A stretch of DNA of 64,000 nucleotides. It comes from an uncultured Oscillospiraceae bacterium (GTDB taxonomy: Bacteria; Bacillota; Clostridia; Christensenellales; Aristaeellaceae). Location of the stretch: assembly GCA_964544955.1 (NCBI GenBank), contig CAZJEB010000007.1:2647-66646 (forward strand), read 5' to 3'. The notes under the pieces were generated by a model. That model was not told the DNA's origin and searched no databases. It worked only from the letters and a program-made list of their open reading frames with translations. Positions 1 to 10,278 of the stretch are shown here, in pieces; within the stretch, counting starts at the first letter, position 1; every line of letters begins with the position of its first letter. Made by a program: the position numbers and the translations under genes.

Positions 1-1052
1 GCCATTACAGCTGCTTTTGTTGATGGTCCATAGCTACCGTCAGCACTTCCGTTAAGGTAACCTAGTTTAATTAATTGTTTTTGTATTGCACTTACTGCGT
101 TACCTTCATCGCCTTCCCTAAAGGAAGACCCTGATTTTGCAATTGCAGCAACAGGAGAACTCGCTTTTTTAGCATTTGATGAGAACAAGGATTTTTGAGT
201 TTCAGGCCCTGCTATTCCATCTGAATATGGTTGTGATACCTTTTGGAATGCAATAACTGCTTTTTCTGTAGCTTCACCATATTCACCATCCGCAGTTCCA
301 GCTAAATAACCAAGGTCAATTAGTCTGTTTTGAATTAAACGAACATCTGCTCCTGATGTACCTAATTTTAGGTACCTTGCGTTTGAAACATCTGGTGTTC
401 TTGTAGGTGAAGGAGTTCTTGTAGCTGTTGGCTTCCTTGTTGTTGTAGTGGTTGTGGTTGTACTTGTATTTGCATCTGATGCTTTTACTGCGCGAGTACT
501 ATATACTGCAGCTAATGTTGCTTTACCCGCAACACCATCTGAAACTAGTTTGTTAGCTGCTTGGAAAGCTTTAACAGCATTTGTTGTACCACTACCGTAA
601 GCACCATCAACACTACCATTATAATAGCCAAGTTCTTTTAGGCGTTGTTGTAATTCTTTTACTTCCTGGCCCTTGCTGCCGCTTTTTAAAGACCCAGAAG
701 ATGTTTCAGGGGTAACAATTGGTTTTTGTGTTGGTGTTGCAGTTATAGTAATAATCCCAGGGTCTGTTACTTGTACATCTGTTCCATCCGTTGTAACAGG
801 GTTAAATACCGACCAGTCTATTGTACTGCTACCAGTTGTAGTTTCCTGAGGTACAGAAGTTACAACTGGTTCCGTGGTTGGTGTTGGTGATGGTGTAACA
901 ATATTTTGGAACGGAACATTATCACTACCAACAGTTAAATCATCACTAGTTGTTTTATCTGGCTCAACATAACAGCCGCTTAACACTAAAGCGGAAAGTA
1001 TTAGCATTAAAATTAATGTTATTATTTTTTTATTTTTTTTGAAATTGTACAT
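1..1052 (-). CDS. Lipoprotein with tandem peptidoglycan-binding (PG_binding_1-like) repeats; the C-terminal part runs off the window
   Basis: Edge-truncated, so absent from the ORF track. Reverse-strand ATG at 1052-1050 follows a GGAGG (rc of 1061-1065). Translation MYNFKKNKKIITLILMLILSALVLSGCYVEPDK has a lipobox LSGC. Three copies of G..V..LQ..L..LGY..G..DG.YG..T..AV..FQ are separated by Thr/Pro-rich linkers. Confidence 0.75.
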   Translation of the reverse strand, partial: MYNFKKNKKIITLILMLILSALVLSGCYVEPDKTTSDDLTVGSDNVPFQNIVTPSPTPTTEPVVTSVPQETTTGSSTIDWSVFNPVTTDGTDVQVTDPGIITITATPTQKPIVTPETSSGSLKSGSKGQEVKELQQRLKELGYYNGSVDGAYGSGTTNAVKAFQAANKLVSDGVAGKATLAAVYSTRAVKASDANTSTTTTTTTTRKPTATRTPSPTRTPDVSNARYLKLGTSGADVRLIQNRLIDLGYLAGTADGEYGEATEKAVIAFQKVSQPYSDGIAGPETQKSLFSSNAKKASSPVAAIAKSGSSFREGDEGNAVSAIQKQLIKLGYLNGSADGSYGPSTKAAVM

Positions 1053-1227
1053 GGCAGCTACCTCCATAATATATATAAACATAAATTGTTAAAATTAAAT
1101 TATAAAATTTCACAGTACAAGAATAACATAAACAGCTTAAATAGTCAATAAATTAGATAGTTATTCCTTGCATATATTTTAATTTTATTTCATATTTATT
1201 ACGTTATTATTCCATTTACAAAGAAGC

Positions 1228-1256
1228 TTGCAAAGGTTTTAAAACCTATATATAAT
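1228..1256 (+). promoter_or_regulatory. Sigma-A-type promoter for lon
   Basis: TTGCAA (1228-1233), 17-nt spacer, TATAAT (1251-1256), about 35 nt upstream of the lon start. The spacer holds the perfect palindrome AGGTTTTAAAACCT. Confidence 0.5.
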
Positions 1257-1290
1257 TAAAGCATTAGTTTTTACTAATTTGGAGGTATAA

Positions 1291-3651
1291 ATGGAAATTT
1301 TTGATGAAAATAACAATTATGAATATACAGAAACTGGCGATATAATTCGCATTCCTGTACTTGCATTAAAAGGCATGAATATATTCCCTGGAACATCTTT
1401 ACATTTTGATGTTCAAAGAAAATATAGTAAAAAATCCCTTGAGTTGGCTATGAAATCAGATAAAACAATTTTATTAGCTATGCAAAAAGGTATGGAAGAT
1501 AACCCTGGAATTAATGATATTAATCTAGTAGGAACAATTTGTAAAATAAAACAAGTTTTAGAGTTGCCTGGTGATATTGTTAGGGTTCTTGTTGTTGGTG
1601 AAAGCAGAGCAAGAATGCTAAATATAAAGGAAGAAAGCTCTTATTTTGAAGCCGAGGCTTTAGTAATAAAAGATGATACTACAACTCAAAAACTAATGAT
1701 TCAAGCCTTAATAAAGTCTGTAAAATCTGCTTTTAAAGATTATTCTGAAAACACCAGAAACATTGGCCCTGAGCTTATTTCTAGCATAAACGTAATGAAT
1801 GATCCCATTAAGCTTACCGACACTATATCAAGCAACTGTATAGAAAACTTGGATGATAGGCAAGAACTGCTTGAAAAAGTACCCCTTGTAAAAAGGATGG
1901 AATTGTTATATGGCTTATTAGTAAAGCAAGTTGATATATTAAAGTTGGAAAAAAGAATACAGGCTAGAGTTAAAGCTCAGGTTGAGAAAAATCAAAGAGA
2001 TTTTTATTTAAATGAGCAAATAAAATCAATACAAGAAGAGCTTGGTAATACAAATGCTGCAGATATTGATGTTATGAAAAAGAAACTTGCAGAACTACCT
2101 ATTAATGACGAAGCAAAGGAAAAGGTAGAACAGGAAATAAATAGATATAGCCATATGATGCAAGGTTCTCCTGAGCTTGTAGTAAGCAGAACCTATATAG
2201 AGTATATATTAGATTTGCCTTGGGGAAAGTTCACTGAAGACGAATTGGATTTGAACCACGCCAGAAAAATTCTTGATGCAAATCACTACGGTTTGGAGAA
2301 AGTAAAGGAAAGAATAATAGAGTTTATTGCTGTTTTGCACCAAAAGAAAAATATGCGCGGACCAATATTATGTTTTGTTGGCCCTCCAGGTGTGGGAAAA
2401 ACAAGCGTTGTTAGAGCAATTGCTGAAGCTTTAGGCCGTAAATTTATACAAATGAGTTTGGGTGGCGTAAGAGATGAAGCGGAAATACGCGGGCATAGAA
2501 GAACATATGTATCTGCTATTCCTGGAAGAATTATAGCGGGAATAAAGCAATCTGGCACAATGAACCCATTATTCTTGTTTGATGAAATTGATAAAATGTC
2601 ATCTGACTTTAGGGGTGACCCCGCATCCGCCATGTTAGAAGTGTTAGATAGCGAGCAAAACAATGCTTTCCGTGACCATTATTTAGAAATTCCTTTTGAT
2701 TTAAGTAATGTTATGTTTATAACAACAGCAAACTCAATCGATAGTATTCCCCCTGCCTTATTAGACCGTTTAGAAATAATTGAAGTTTCAAGTTACACAA
2801 TGGAAGAAAAACTTCAAATATCAAAAAAACACTTGTTGCCAAAACAAATAAAAGAACACGGATTAACAGGCAAGGCAGTAAGAATAAGTGATAAAATTTT
2901 TAATGATATTATTGAACATTACACAAGAGAATCTGGTGTAAGACAATTAGAACGTATAATTGCTAAAATTGTTAGAAAATCTATTGTTGATATGCATAGC
3001 GAAGCTAACTTAAGCTACATTACGATGAACAAACAAAAATTAAACGACTATTTGGGTTCATATAGATTTTTAAGTGAAGCTATTGAGAAAGAACCCAAGG
3101 TTGGTATTGTTAACGGTTTAGCATATACAGCCTATGGTGGAGTTGTTTTAGCCGTAGAATGTATAACATTAAAAGGCAACGGAAAAATTCATTTAACAGG
3201 CAAACTTGGTGATGTTATGAAAGAAAGTGCTGATGCAGCATTATCATGGGTAAGAGCTCATTATAATGAATTCGGGCTTGATGAAGACTTTTTCCAAAAT
3301 ACAGATATACACATTCACGTACCAGAAGGTGCAGTACCTAAAGACGGCCCATCCGCAGGCGTAACAATGGCAATTGCAATGATATCTGCATTAACAAATA
3401 AAAAAGTTAGGCAAGATATTGCCATGACAGGTGAAATTACTTTACGCGGTAATGTATTGCCAATTGGCGGTGTAAAAGAAAAATTGTTTGCAGCATATAG
3501 GAATAACATATATAATATATTTATACCAGCAGAAAACATGAAAGATCTTGAAGAATTACCTAAAGACATTCTAAATGAATTGAATATAACATCAGTTAAA
3601 AACATCAAGGATATTATTAAAGAAGTATTCTTAGATGTGAAAGGGAAATAA
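1291..3651 (+). CDS. lon: ATP-dependent Lon protease (LonA type)
   Basis: 786 aa with an N-terminal LON domain, Walker A GPPGVGKTS and the protease motif KDGPSAGV. GGAGG lies upstream of the ATG. Confidence 0.95.
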   Translation: MEIFDENNNYEYTETGDIIRIPVLALKGMNIFPGTSLHFDVQRKYSKKSLELAMKSDKTILLAMQKGMEDNPGINDINLVGTICKIKQVLELPGDIVRVLVVGESRARMLNIKEESSYFEAEALVIKDDTTTQKLMIQALIKSVKSAFKDYSENTRNIGPELISSINVMNDPIKLTDTISSNCIENLDDRQELLEKVPLVKRMELLYGLLVKQVDILKLEKRIQARVKAQVEKNQRDFYLNEQIKSIQEELGNTNAADIDVMKKKLAELPINDEAKEKVEQEINRYSHMMQGSPELVVSRTYIEYILDLPWGKFTEDELDLNHARKILDANHYGLEKVKERIIEFIAVLHQKKNMRGPILCFVGPPGVGKTSVVRAIAEALGRKFIQMSLGGVRDEAEIRGHRRTYVSAIPGRIIAGIKQSGTMNPLFLFDEIDKMSSDFRGDPASAMLEVLDSEQNNAFRDHYLEIPFDLSNVMFITTANSIDSIPPALLDRLEIIEVSSYTMEEKLQISKKHLLPKQIKEHGLTGKAVRISDKIFNDIIEHYTRESGVRQLERIIAKIVRKSIVDMHSEANLSYITMNKQKLNDYLGSYRFLSEAIEKEPKVGIVNGLAYTAYGGVVLAVECITLKGNGKIHLTGKLGDVMKESADAALSWVRAHYNEFGLDEDFFQNTDIHIHVPEGAVPKDGPSAGVTMAIAMISALTNKKVRQDIAMTGEITLRGNVLPIGGVKEKLFAAYRNNIYNIFIPAENMKDLEELPKDILNELNITSVKNIKDIIKEVFLDVKGK

Positions 3652-4259
3652 TGATTATTAAAGGTGCAAGTTTTATAACAAGCATGGCAGAATATTCAAA
3701 CTTTAATGGAATAGGCCTTAAACAAATAGCAGTTATTGGTAAAAGTAATGTGGGAAAAAGCACATTAATAAATACTTTATGCAACCAAAACAAGCTTTGT
3801 AAAACAAGTGGAACCCCTGGAAAAACAAGGTTAATAAATATATTTAATATAGACGTTGCTAAAGATGATAAAAAAAGTGCCTTTCATTTAGTTGACTTGC
3901 CTGGTTATGGATATGCAAAGGTAAGCAATACCGAAAAATTACGTTGGGGTAATATGATGGATGATTATTTTCATAAATCTGAACAACTTTGCCTTGTTTT
4001 ACATTTGGTTGACATTAGGCACGACCCAACAAATGATGATATTATAATGAGCAACTTTTTAAGAAACGTAGGTATAGATTTTAAAGTTGTAGCTACAAAA
4101 GCCGATAAAATATCTAAAGGCGCTAGAATGAAACATATTGCCCCTATTTGCAGGGCTTTAAATGTTCAACCTTGGGAAATTGTAGTAACATCATCAGTAA
4201 ATAAAGATGGTAAAGGAGCGATATTAGAAGATATATCCAAATATATATTTAATGAATAA
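3651..4259 (+). CDS. engB: Ribosome biogenesis GTPase EngB/YsxC
   Basis: G1 GKSNVGKSTLIN, G3 DLPGYGY, G4 TKADK. The start overlaps the lon stop (TAATG), matching the classic lon-ysxC pairing. Confidence 0.9.
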   Translation: MIIKGASFITSMAEYSNFNGIGLKQIAVIGKSNVGKSTLINTLCNQNKLCKTSGTPGKTRLINIFNIDVAKDDKKSAFHLVDLPGYGYAKVSNTEKLRWGNMMDDYFHKSEQLCLVLHLVDIRHDPTNDDIIMSNFLRNVGIDFKVVATKADKISKGARMKHIAPICRALNVQPWEIVVTSSVNKDGKGAILEDISKYIFNE

Positions 4260-4273
4260 ACTGGAGGTTGACC

Positions 4274-5392
4274 ATGTTAGTTAAAAGATTAGAGAAAAAC
4301 AAACAAGATATACATGATTTTGTTAAATTCCCATTTTCAATATACGAGGACAACCCCAATTGGGTTCCTCCAGTTATTGATGATGAAGTTGAACATTTGT
4401 TAGATGAGAATAGCTTAGAAAACAAAAATGAATTTGCTTACTTTATGGTATATGACGGAAAAATTGCTAGAGCAAGAATTGCCGCAGGTATAGACAAATC
4501 ATTTAACGAAAAAAACAAAACAAAAAGGGGCTATATTTCATATTATGAATGCGCAGAAAACCCCGTAGCAAGTAAAGAAGCCCTTGATGCTGCAATAGCA
4601 TATTTGAAAACTTTAGGCATACTTGAAGTTGTTGCAACTAAATCAACAACTTTCTCGAACTTTGGAAAAGGCATATTAGTGAACGGCTTTGATGATAGTA
4701 CAAAACTTATTAGACCTTATAATCATCCCTATTATGAGGAATACTTAAAAAGCTATGGTTTTAAACCTTATAAACACCACGATACATACTGGATAAAAGC
4801 AAATAATTTTCCGCTTGATGAATTTACAGCACTATCCGAAAAAGCTATGTTAAGGTTTAAATTTAGAACAGAAATTGTTCCTTTATTTAAAAATACAATT
4901 CCTCAACTTGCTGAAAGAATAATATCTGTTATACACCAATCTTACAATGCAGATTGGGAAACATCTCAACCTTCTGCTGACGACATAATTAGAGAGCTAA
5001 AATGTATATATAAGTTTGCTAAAAATAATTATATAGTAATAGCATATTCTGACGAAAGACCTATTGGTGCCTTTGTAGGCTATTCTGACTTTAATAAAAA
5101 TTTAAAAAAATACAACGGCAAATTATTCCCCAAATATTATTTAGATAAATTTTTAAACACTGAAACACCTAATATATCCCACAGTAGTATGATATTTGTT
5201 GTTCCTGATTTCCAGCATAAAGCTGTTGACGTAGCAATGATGTGTGAAGCTTTTAGAAAGCTAAAAAATGATGGTATAGAATTAATTGAAGCAACAACAA
5301 TACCATCATCAAACAAACAGTTTGTATCCACTATAAAGCGTTTAGGTGGTATTAATACCAGGTCTTACGGTCAATTTTTAATGGAAATATAA
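4274..5392 (+). CDS. Hypothetical protein, possibly a GNAT-fold acyltransferase-like family
   Basis: The track ORF starts at TTG 4268, directly abutting GGAGG (4263-4267). ATG 4274 has proper 6-nt spacing. The GNAT-like C-terminal half (VVPDFQHKAVDVAMM) was judged by eye only. Confidence 0.45.
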   Translation: MLVKRLEKNKQDIHDFVKFPFSIYEDNPNWVPPVIDDEVEHLLDENSLENKNEFAYFMVYDGKIARARIAAGIDKSFNEKNKTKRGYISYYECAENPVASKEALDAAIAYLKTLGILEVVATKSTTFSNFGKGILVNGFDDSTKLIRPYNHPYYEEYLKSYGFKPYKHHDTYWIKANNFPLDEFTALSEKAMLRFKFRTEIVPLFKNTIPQLAERIISVIHQSYNADWETSQPSADDIIRELKCIYKFAKNNYIVIAYSDERPIGAFVGYSDFNKNLKKYNGKLFPKYYLDKFLNTETPNISHSSMIFVVPDFQHKAVDVAMMCEAFRKLKNDGIELIEATTIPSSNKQFVSTIKRLGGINTRSYGQFLMEI

Positions 5393-5400
5393 TGTAGTTA

Positions 5401-5429
5401 TTGCAAAATACACTTATAAGTGTTATAAT
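5401..5429 (+). promoter_or_regulatory. Sigma-A-type promoter of the pheST leader
   Basis: TTGCAA (5401-5406), 17-nt spacer, TATAAT (5424-5429). Confidence 0.55.
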
Positions 5430-5435
5430 TCCATT

Positions 5436-5655
5436 TGTTGCAATGATTAGGAACGTGCTTAACAATATAGCATTTAAGAGAAAATGGTACTTGGTGTAAG
5501 CCATTATGTTAGTAGTTAAGGAATTCCCCTATGAGCAGTTTATCCGAAATTAGTAAGATAAACCGGATTTATCTCCGTTATTGATAGATAAACACTATTT
5601 TGGGTGGTATTACGAATTTTTAAGTTTCGTCCCTTTAGGATGAAACTTTTTTATT
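5436..5655 (+). promoter_or_regulatory. T-box riboswitch leader (Phe) with intrinsic terminator
   Basis: AGAGA (5477-5481) and distal-loop-like GGTGTAA (5493-5499). Candidate specifier GAA-UUC (UUC at 5524-5526). T-box sequence TGGGTGGTATTACG (5601-5614). Terminator stem AGTTTCGTCC/GGATGAAACT (5623-5647) followed by a T-run, immediately upstream of pheS. Confidence 0.8.
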
Positions 5656-5672
5656 TAATTCAGGAGGTTAAA

Positions 5673-6704
5673 ATGTCTATATTAGATGATTTAAAAGTAA
5701 TTAAGGAAGAAGCCCTTAAACAATTAGAAACAATTACTAGTTTAAAGGATGTTGATGAAGCAAAGCTTCAACTTTTTGGTAAAAAAGGTAAAATTTCTAC
5801 ACTAATGAAAAGTTTAGGTGGCGCTAGTGCAGAAGAAAGGCCAGTGTTTGGTAAAGAAATAAATGATGTTAGAGGGTTTATATCTGAAAAACTAGATATA
5901 ATAGCTCAACAGCTAAACGAGAAGAAAAAATTAGCCGATTTAGCAGCAGAAACAATAGATGTTACAGAGCCAAGGCAAATACCCTACATTGGCACAAGCC
6001 ATCCAATAAGTTTAGTTTTAGATGAAATGCTTGAATGTTTTACTGGTTTAGGTTTTGAAGTTGTTGAAGGTCCAGAGGTTGAACTTGATAAATACAATTT
6101 TGGTTTACTTAATATACCAGAAGATCACCCTGCAAGGGATGCACAAGATACACTATATTTTTCAAGTAATATATTGTTGCGCACACATACATCACCTGTT
6201 CAAGCAAGAACAATGTTATCTAAAAAGCCTCCAATAAGGATGGTTTGCCCCGGTAGAGTATATAGAGCTGATGAAGTAGACGCCACTCACTCCCCTGTTT
6301 TCCACCAATTAGAGGGTTTAGTAATTGACGAAGATGTAAATATGGGCGATTTACGTGGAACACTAGAAGCCTTTGCTCATAAACTTTATGGCAAGGATAT
6401 AACAACTAGGTTTAGACCAAGTTTTTTCCCTTTTACAGAGCCTAGTGCAGAAGTTGACTTAACATGTATGGCATGCAAAGGCAAAGGTTGCCGCGTGTGC
6501 AAAGATACAGGTTGGATAGAAGTTTTGGGTAGCGGAATGGTAAACCCAAAAGTACTTGAAATGTGCGGAATAGATAGCAAAAAATATAGCGGATTTGCAT
6601 TTGGTATTGGTTTGGAAAGAATTGCTATGATGAGATATGGCATTAAGGATATGAGGTTGCTATATGAAAATGACTATAAATTCCTAAGCCAGATACGCAA
6701 TTAA
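5673..6704 (+). CDS. pheS: Phenylalanine--tRNA ligase alpha subunit
   Basis: Class II motifs FRPSFFPFTEPS and GFAFGIGLERIAM. True start is ATG 5673 after AGGAGG. The track start at 5604 would lie inside the T-box terminator. Confidence 0.95.
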   Translation: MSILDDLKVIKEEALKQLETITSLKDVDEAKLQLFGKKGKISTLMKSLGGASAEERPVFGKEINDVRGFISEKLDIIAQQLNEKKKLADLAAETIDVTEPRQIPYIGTSHPISLVLDEMLECFTGLGFEVVEGPEVELDKYNFGLLNIPEDHPARDAQDTLYFSSNILLRTHTSPVQARTMLSKKPPIRMVCPGRVYRADEVDATHSPVFHQLEGLVIDEDVNMGDLRGTLEAFAHKLYGKDITTRFRPSFFPFTEPSAEVDLTCMACKGKGCRVCKDTGWIEVLGSGMVNPKVLEMCGIDSKKYSGFAFGIGLERIAMMRYGIKDMRLLYENDYKFLSQIRN

Positions 6705-6718
6705 AAAGGAGAAACACA

Positions 6719-9109
6719 ATGAAATTACCATTATCTTGGATAAAAGAATATACAAATATAACAGCTGCCCCCCAAGAATATATGAATAAAATGATAATGA
6801 CAGGAACAGCAGTTGAAGGATATGAAAAAGCATCACCATTAAGCAATGTTGTAGTTGGCAAGGTATTATCAGTTAAAGATCACGAAAACAGCGATCATTT
6901 ACACGTATGTATGGTTGATGTTGGCGAAGAATCACCTTTACAAATAGTTTGTGGTGCGCCTAATGTTAAAGAGAATATTCTAGTTCCTGTAGCTTTAGTT
7001 GGCGCTGAACTTCCTGGCGGTTTTAAAATAAAAAAAGGTAAACTTAGAGGCGTAGAAAGTTATGGCATGATTTGTAGTGGGCCCGAACTAGAAATACCTA
7101 CATATTTGTATCCATCAGTTGGCGACGAAGGAATTTTAATTTTTAATGAAGATTATCCGGTTGGAACTGATGTAAACAAAATATTCATGTTGGATGATAT
7201 TATTCTTGATTACGACATATTAGCAAATAGACCCGATTTATTATCTGTACTTGGTATTGCCAGGGAAAGTGCAGCAGTTTACGATCAAAAATTTAATATG
7301 CCCAAGGTTAATGTAAAAGAAATTGACGAATCAATTGACAATTTTATTAGTGTTAACGTTATCGATAAGGATGCGTGTCCTCGATATGCAGCAAGAGTAA
7401 TAAAAGATGTAAAAATTCAACAATCTCCCTTATGGTTAAGGTCTTATTTGCACAAGAGTGGCGTTAGAGCAATTAATAATATTGTAGACATTACAAACTA
7501 TGTTATGCTAGAAACAGGGCACCCTATGCATGCATTTGACCTTGATAAGGTTAAGGGTAAAAAAATAACCGTTCGTTATGCTAAAGAAGGTGAAAAGCTA
7601 ACCACTTTAGATGATAAAGTTCATAATTTAAAAACAAGCGATTTACTAATTTGTGATGAAGGTGGCGCAACTGGAATCGCTGGTATTATGGGTGGATTTG
7701 AAAGCGAAATTGACGAGAATACAAAGAACGTTGTTTTTGAGTGCGCTTGCTTTGATAGATCAATGGTAAGAAAATCATCAAGATCTTTAGGAATAAGAAC
7801 AGAGTCATCCGGCAGGTTTGAAAAAGGTGTTTCTGCAGCTAGCATTCCTTTTGCAATAAATAGAGCTTGCCAACTTGTAAATGATTTAGATGCCGGTAAA
7901 GTTGTTAAGGGTATTGTTGATATTTACTCTGAACTACCCCAGGTAAAAACAGTTGTTTGTAGCGTTAAAAATATTGCTAAAAGAACGGGTATAGAAATAT
8001 CCGCCGTTGATATGCTTAGTATATTAGATAAATTAGGGTTTACAACATCCCTTACAAACGATACATTGTCAGTAAATGTTCCTTTATACAGGCTTGATGT
8101 TGAAATTGAGGCTGATATTTGCGAAGAAGTTTTAAGGCTTTATGGCTATGAACATATTCCTGCTACACCACTTAGAGGTTCTACAACACAAGGTGGTATT
8201 AGCCCACTTATGAGCTTTAAAAACAAGGTATCCTCTGTAATAAAATCTTACGGTTTTATGGAAACCATGAGATATTCATTTATTAGCAGAAAATCTTTAG
8301 ATAAATTAGGCTTACCTAATGAAGATATAAGATTGCAAGCCTTGGAACTAATTAATCCCTTAGGCGAAGATACCGCAATAATGAGAACAAGTTTAGTGCC
8401 AGATATGTTGCAAACAATTTCTTTAAATATTAATCACGGAAACTTAAATATTAGGTTTTTTGAAAGTGCAAAGATATTTTTACCTGAACCGAAAGACAAT
8501 GATGGGTTACCTTTTGAAGTTAATAGCTTATGTTTAGGTATGTATGCTGAAAATACTGATTTTTATACATTAAGAGAAGTTTTAGAATCATTAATGTTTG
8601 AGTTAGGTATAGAATATACTATAACAAAAGGCGGAGATTCATATTACCACATAGGAAGATCAGCAAAACTTATGCAAGGCGATAATGTTTTAGCCACCAT
8701 TGGAGAGATTACCCCTGATGTTGCTAAAGCTTATGAAATATCCAAGAGGGTGTATATTGCTGAGCTTAATATAGACTTATTGCAAAGTCTTGCTAAAAGA
8801 GCTGGTGCTGTAAAAGACTTACCAAAATATCCTGCAGTTAATAGGGATTTAGCCATTGTATTTGAAGAAAAAATACAAATTGGTGAAGTTATGGATTCAA
8901 TGAAATTAGCAGGCGGCAAAATGTTGGAAAACGTTTATATGTTTGATGTTTATAGAGGTATACCTGTACCTCCACAGCATAAATCGGTTGCATTCTCGTT
9001 TTCATTTAGGTCACCCGAAAAAACCTTAACGGATGATGATATACAAAAACACATGAATAATATATTAAAAACAGTTGAAGAAAACTATAACGGAAAAATT
9101 AGGGAATAA
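6719..9109 (+). CDS. pheT: Phenylalanine--tRNA ligase beta subunit
   Basis: 796 aa with an N-terminal tRNA-binding domain, B3/4, B5 and a C-terminal FDX-ACB-like region, directly after pheS. Confidence 0.95.
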   Translation: MKLPLSWIKEYTNITAAPQEYMNKMIMTGTAVEGYEKASPLSNVVVGKVLSVKDHENSDHLHVCMVDVGEESPLQIVCGAPNVKENILVPVALVGAELPGGFKIKKGKLRGVESYGMICSGPELEIPTYLYPSVGDEGILIFNEDYPVGTDVNKIFMLDDIILDYDILANRPDLLSVLGIARESAAVYDQKFNMPKVNVKEIDESIDNFISVNVIDKDACPRYAARVIKDVKIQQSPLWLRSYLHKSGVRAINNIVDITNYVMLETGHPMHAFDLDKVKGKKITVRYAKEGEKLTTLDDKVHNLKTSDLLICDEGGATGIAGIMGGFESEIDENTKNVVFECACFDRSMVRKSSRSLGIRTESSGRFEKGVSAASIPFAINRACQLVNDLDAGKVVKGIVDIYSELPQVKTVVCSVKNIAKRTGIEISAVDMLSILDKLGFTTSLTNDTLSVNVPLYRLDVEIEADICEEVLRLYGYEHIPATPLRGSTTQGGISPLMSFKNKVSSVIKSYGFMETMRYSFISRKSLDKLGLPNEDIRLQALELINPLGEDTAIMRTSLVPDMLQTISLNINHGNLNIRFFESAKIFLPEPKDNDGLPFEVNSLCLGMYAENTDFYTLREVLESLMFELGIEYTITKGGDSYYHIGRSAKLMQGDNVLATIGEITPDVAKAYEISKRVYIAELNIDLLQSLAKRAGAVKDLPKYPAVNRDLAIVFEEKIQIGEVMDSMKLAGGKMLENVYMFDVYRGIPVPPQHKSVAFSFSFRSPEKTLTDDDIQKHMNNILKTVEENYNGKIRE

Positions 9110-9112
9110 CTA

Positions 9113-9139
9113 AAAAGCCAAGCAAATGCTTGGCTTTTT
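9113..9139. terminator. Bidirectional intrinsic terminator between pheT and the convergent methyltransferase gene
   Basis: AAAAGCCAAGC-AAAT-GCTTGGCTTTT hairpin flanked by an A-run and a T-run. Confidence 0.8.
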
Positions 9140-10268
9140 AGTATTTTATTGGGTTATATATAAACACATTACACTCCATAGCTCCATTATAAACTCTACG
9201 CTTTTTATCAGCTCTTTTTCCAAAAAATTTTTCAAAGTTATTATCATTTGATATTACTGCCATTCCCCAACCAGGATGTCTTGCCAATAATTTTCCTAAA
9301 TCTTTATATAGATATTGAACCGCTTTTTTACTGCTAAGCCTTTCACCATAAGGAGGATTTACAATAAAGCACCCTTCTTCTTCATCCAAATTAACATTAT
9401 TTAAATCAATATTACTAACTTTTATTCTATTAGAAAGCCCCGCTTGAACAATATGCTTTTTGGCGAGGATAAGTACTTCGCTGCTTATATCACTACCTTC
9501 AATTTCTATTGTTCGTTCTTTATCAAAGGCTTTGTTACTTTTTTCCCTTATTTCATCAGCTTCACCTTTACTCAACATCCCCCATGCTTCCATGTCAAAA
9601 GTTCTAGCTATCCCTGCTGGTTTTTTTAATGCCATCATTGCTGCTTCAATTAAAAATGTTCCTGAGCCACAGCAAGGATCATACAATTTTTGCCTCATTC
9701 TCCAAGGGGATAAGTTTATTATTGCTGCAGCCAATGTTTCACGTATAGGTGCTTCAGCATTCCATGTCCTATACCCTCTTTTATTTAGTGATTCACCACT
9801 GGTATCAACCATAATTTTAGCAATATCATTGTGTATAGATACTTCTATTTTATATCTAGCTCCATTTTCAGGCAAAATATTAACGTTATATTTGTTTTGC
9901 ATTTTTTTAATTATTGCTCTTTTAACAATTGCTTGACTATCAGTTTGGCTCATTAAAACGCTTTTAACACACCTAACGTTAACAATTATATTTGCATTTT
10001 TAGGCAACAAATCAAAAAACTTTGTGTTAAGCGTTAAGTCAAAAAGCTCATCAAAACTAATTACCTTGGCTTCATTAGCTATTATTAGAACCCTATCGCT
10101 ACAGCGTAAATTTATATTAGCATAAAGTATTTCTTTAATATCTGCTTTAAATCTTACTCCACCCAGCTCGGCTTTTGCATCTAAGCCTTGATATCTTAAT
10201 TCCTTTGCAATTATACCCTCTAAGCCAAAGGCAGCTTTTGCCCAACATTCATATTTGTTATTTATCAC
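9138..10268 (-). CDS. THUMP-domain class I SAM-dependent RNA methyltransferase (YpsC/RlmL-like)
   Basis: Motifs DPCCGSGTFLIEA and NPPYGERL. Likely start is GTG 10268, 6 nt after AAGGAG. The longer track ORF (to 10358) would overlap the upstream gene. Confidence 0.8.
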   Translation of the reverse strand: MINNKYECWAKAAFGLEGIIAKELRYQGLDAKAELGGVRFKADIKEILYANINLRCSDRVLIIANEAKVISFDELFDLTLNTKFFDLLPKNANIIVNVRCVKSVLMSQTDSQAIVKRAIIKKMQNKYNVNILPENGARYKIEVSIHNDIAKIMVDTSGESLNKRGYRTWNAEAPIRETLAAAIINLSPWRMRQKLYDPCCGSGTFLIEAAMMALKKPAGIARTFDMEAWGMLSKGEADEIREKSNKAFDKERTIEIEGSDISSEVLILAKKHIVQAGLSNRIKVSNIDLNNVNLDEEEGCFIVNPPYGERLSSKKAVQYLYKDLGKLLARHPGWGMAVISNDNNFEKFFGKRADKKRRVYNGAMECNVFIYNPIKY

Positions 10269-10278
10269 AATTTTCTCC

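Noticed and set aside
2286-3608. 125-aa and 97-aa minus-strand ORFs inside lon
   Set aside because: They are antisense shadow ORFs within Lon, with no independent support.
5604-5672. N-terminal extensions in the ORF track for pheS, and similarly for rnj at 38871, murI at 52174, recQ at 20188 and the methyltransferase at 10358
   Set aside because: The extensions run through a terminator, leader or promoter sequence, or overlap upstream genes. In each case an internal start with a strong SD gives the canonical N-terminus.
9444-9936. 158-aa and 61-aa plus-strand ORFs antisense to the THUMP methyltransferase gene
   Set aside because: They are antisense shadow ORFs with low-complexity hydrophobic translations and no SD.
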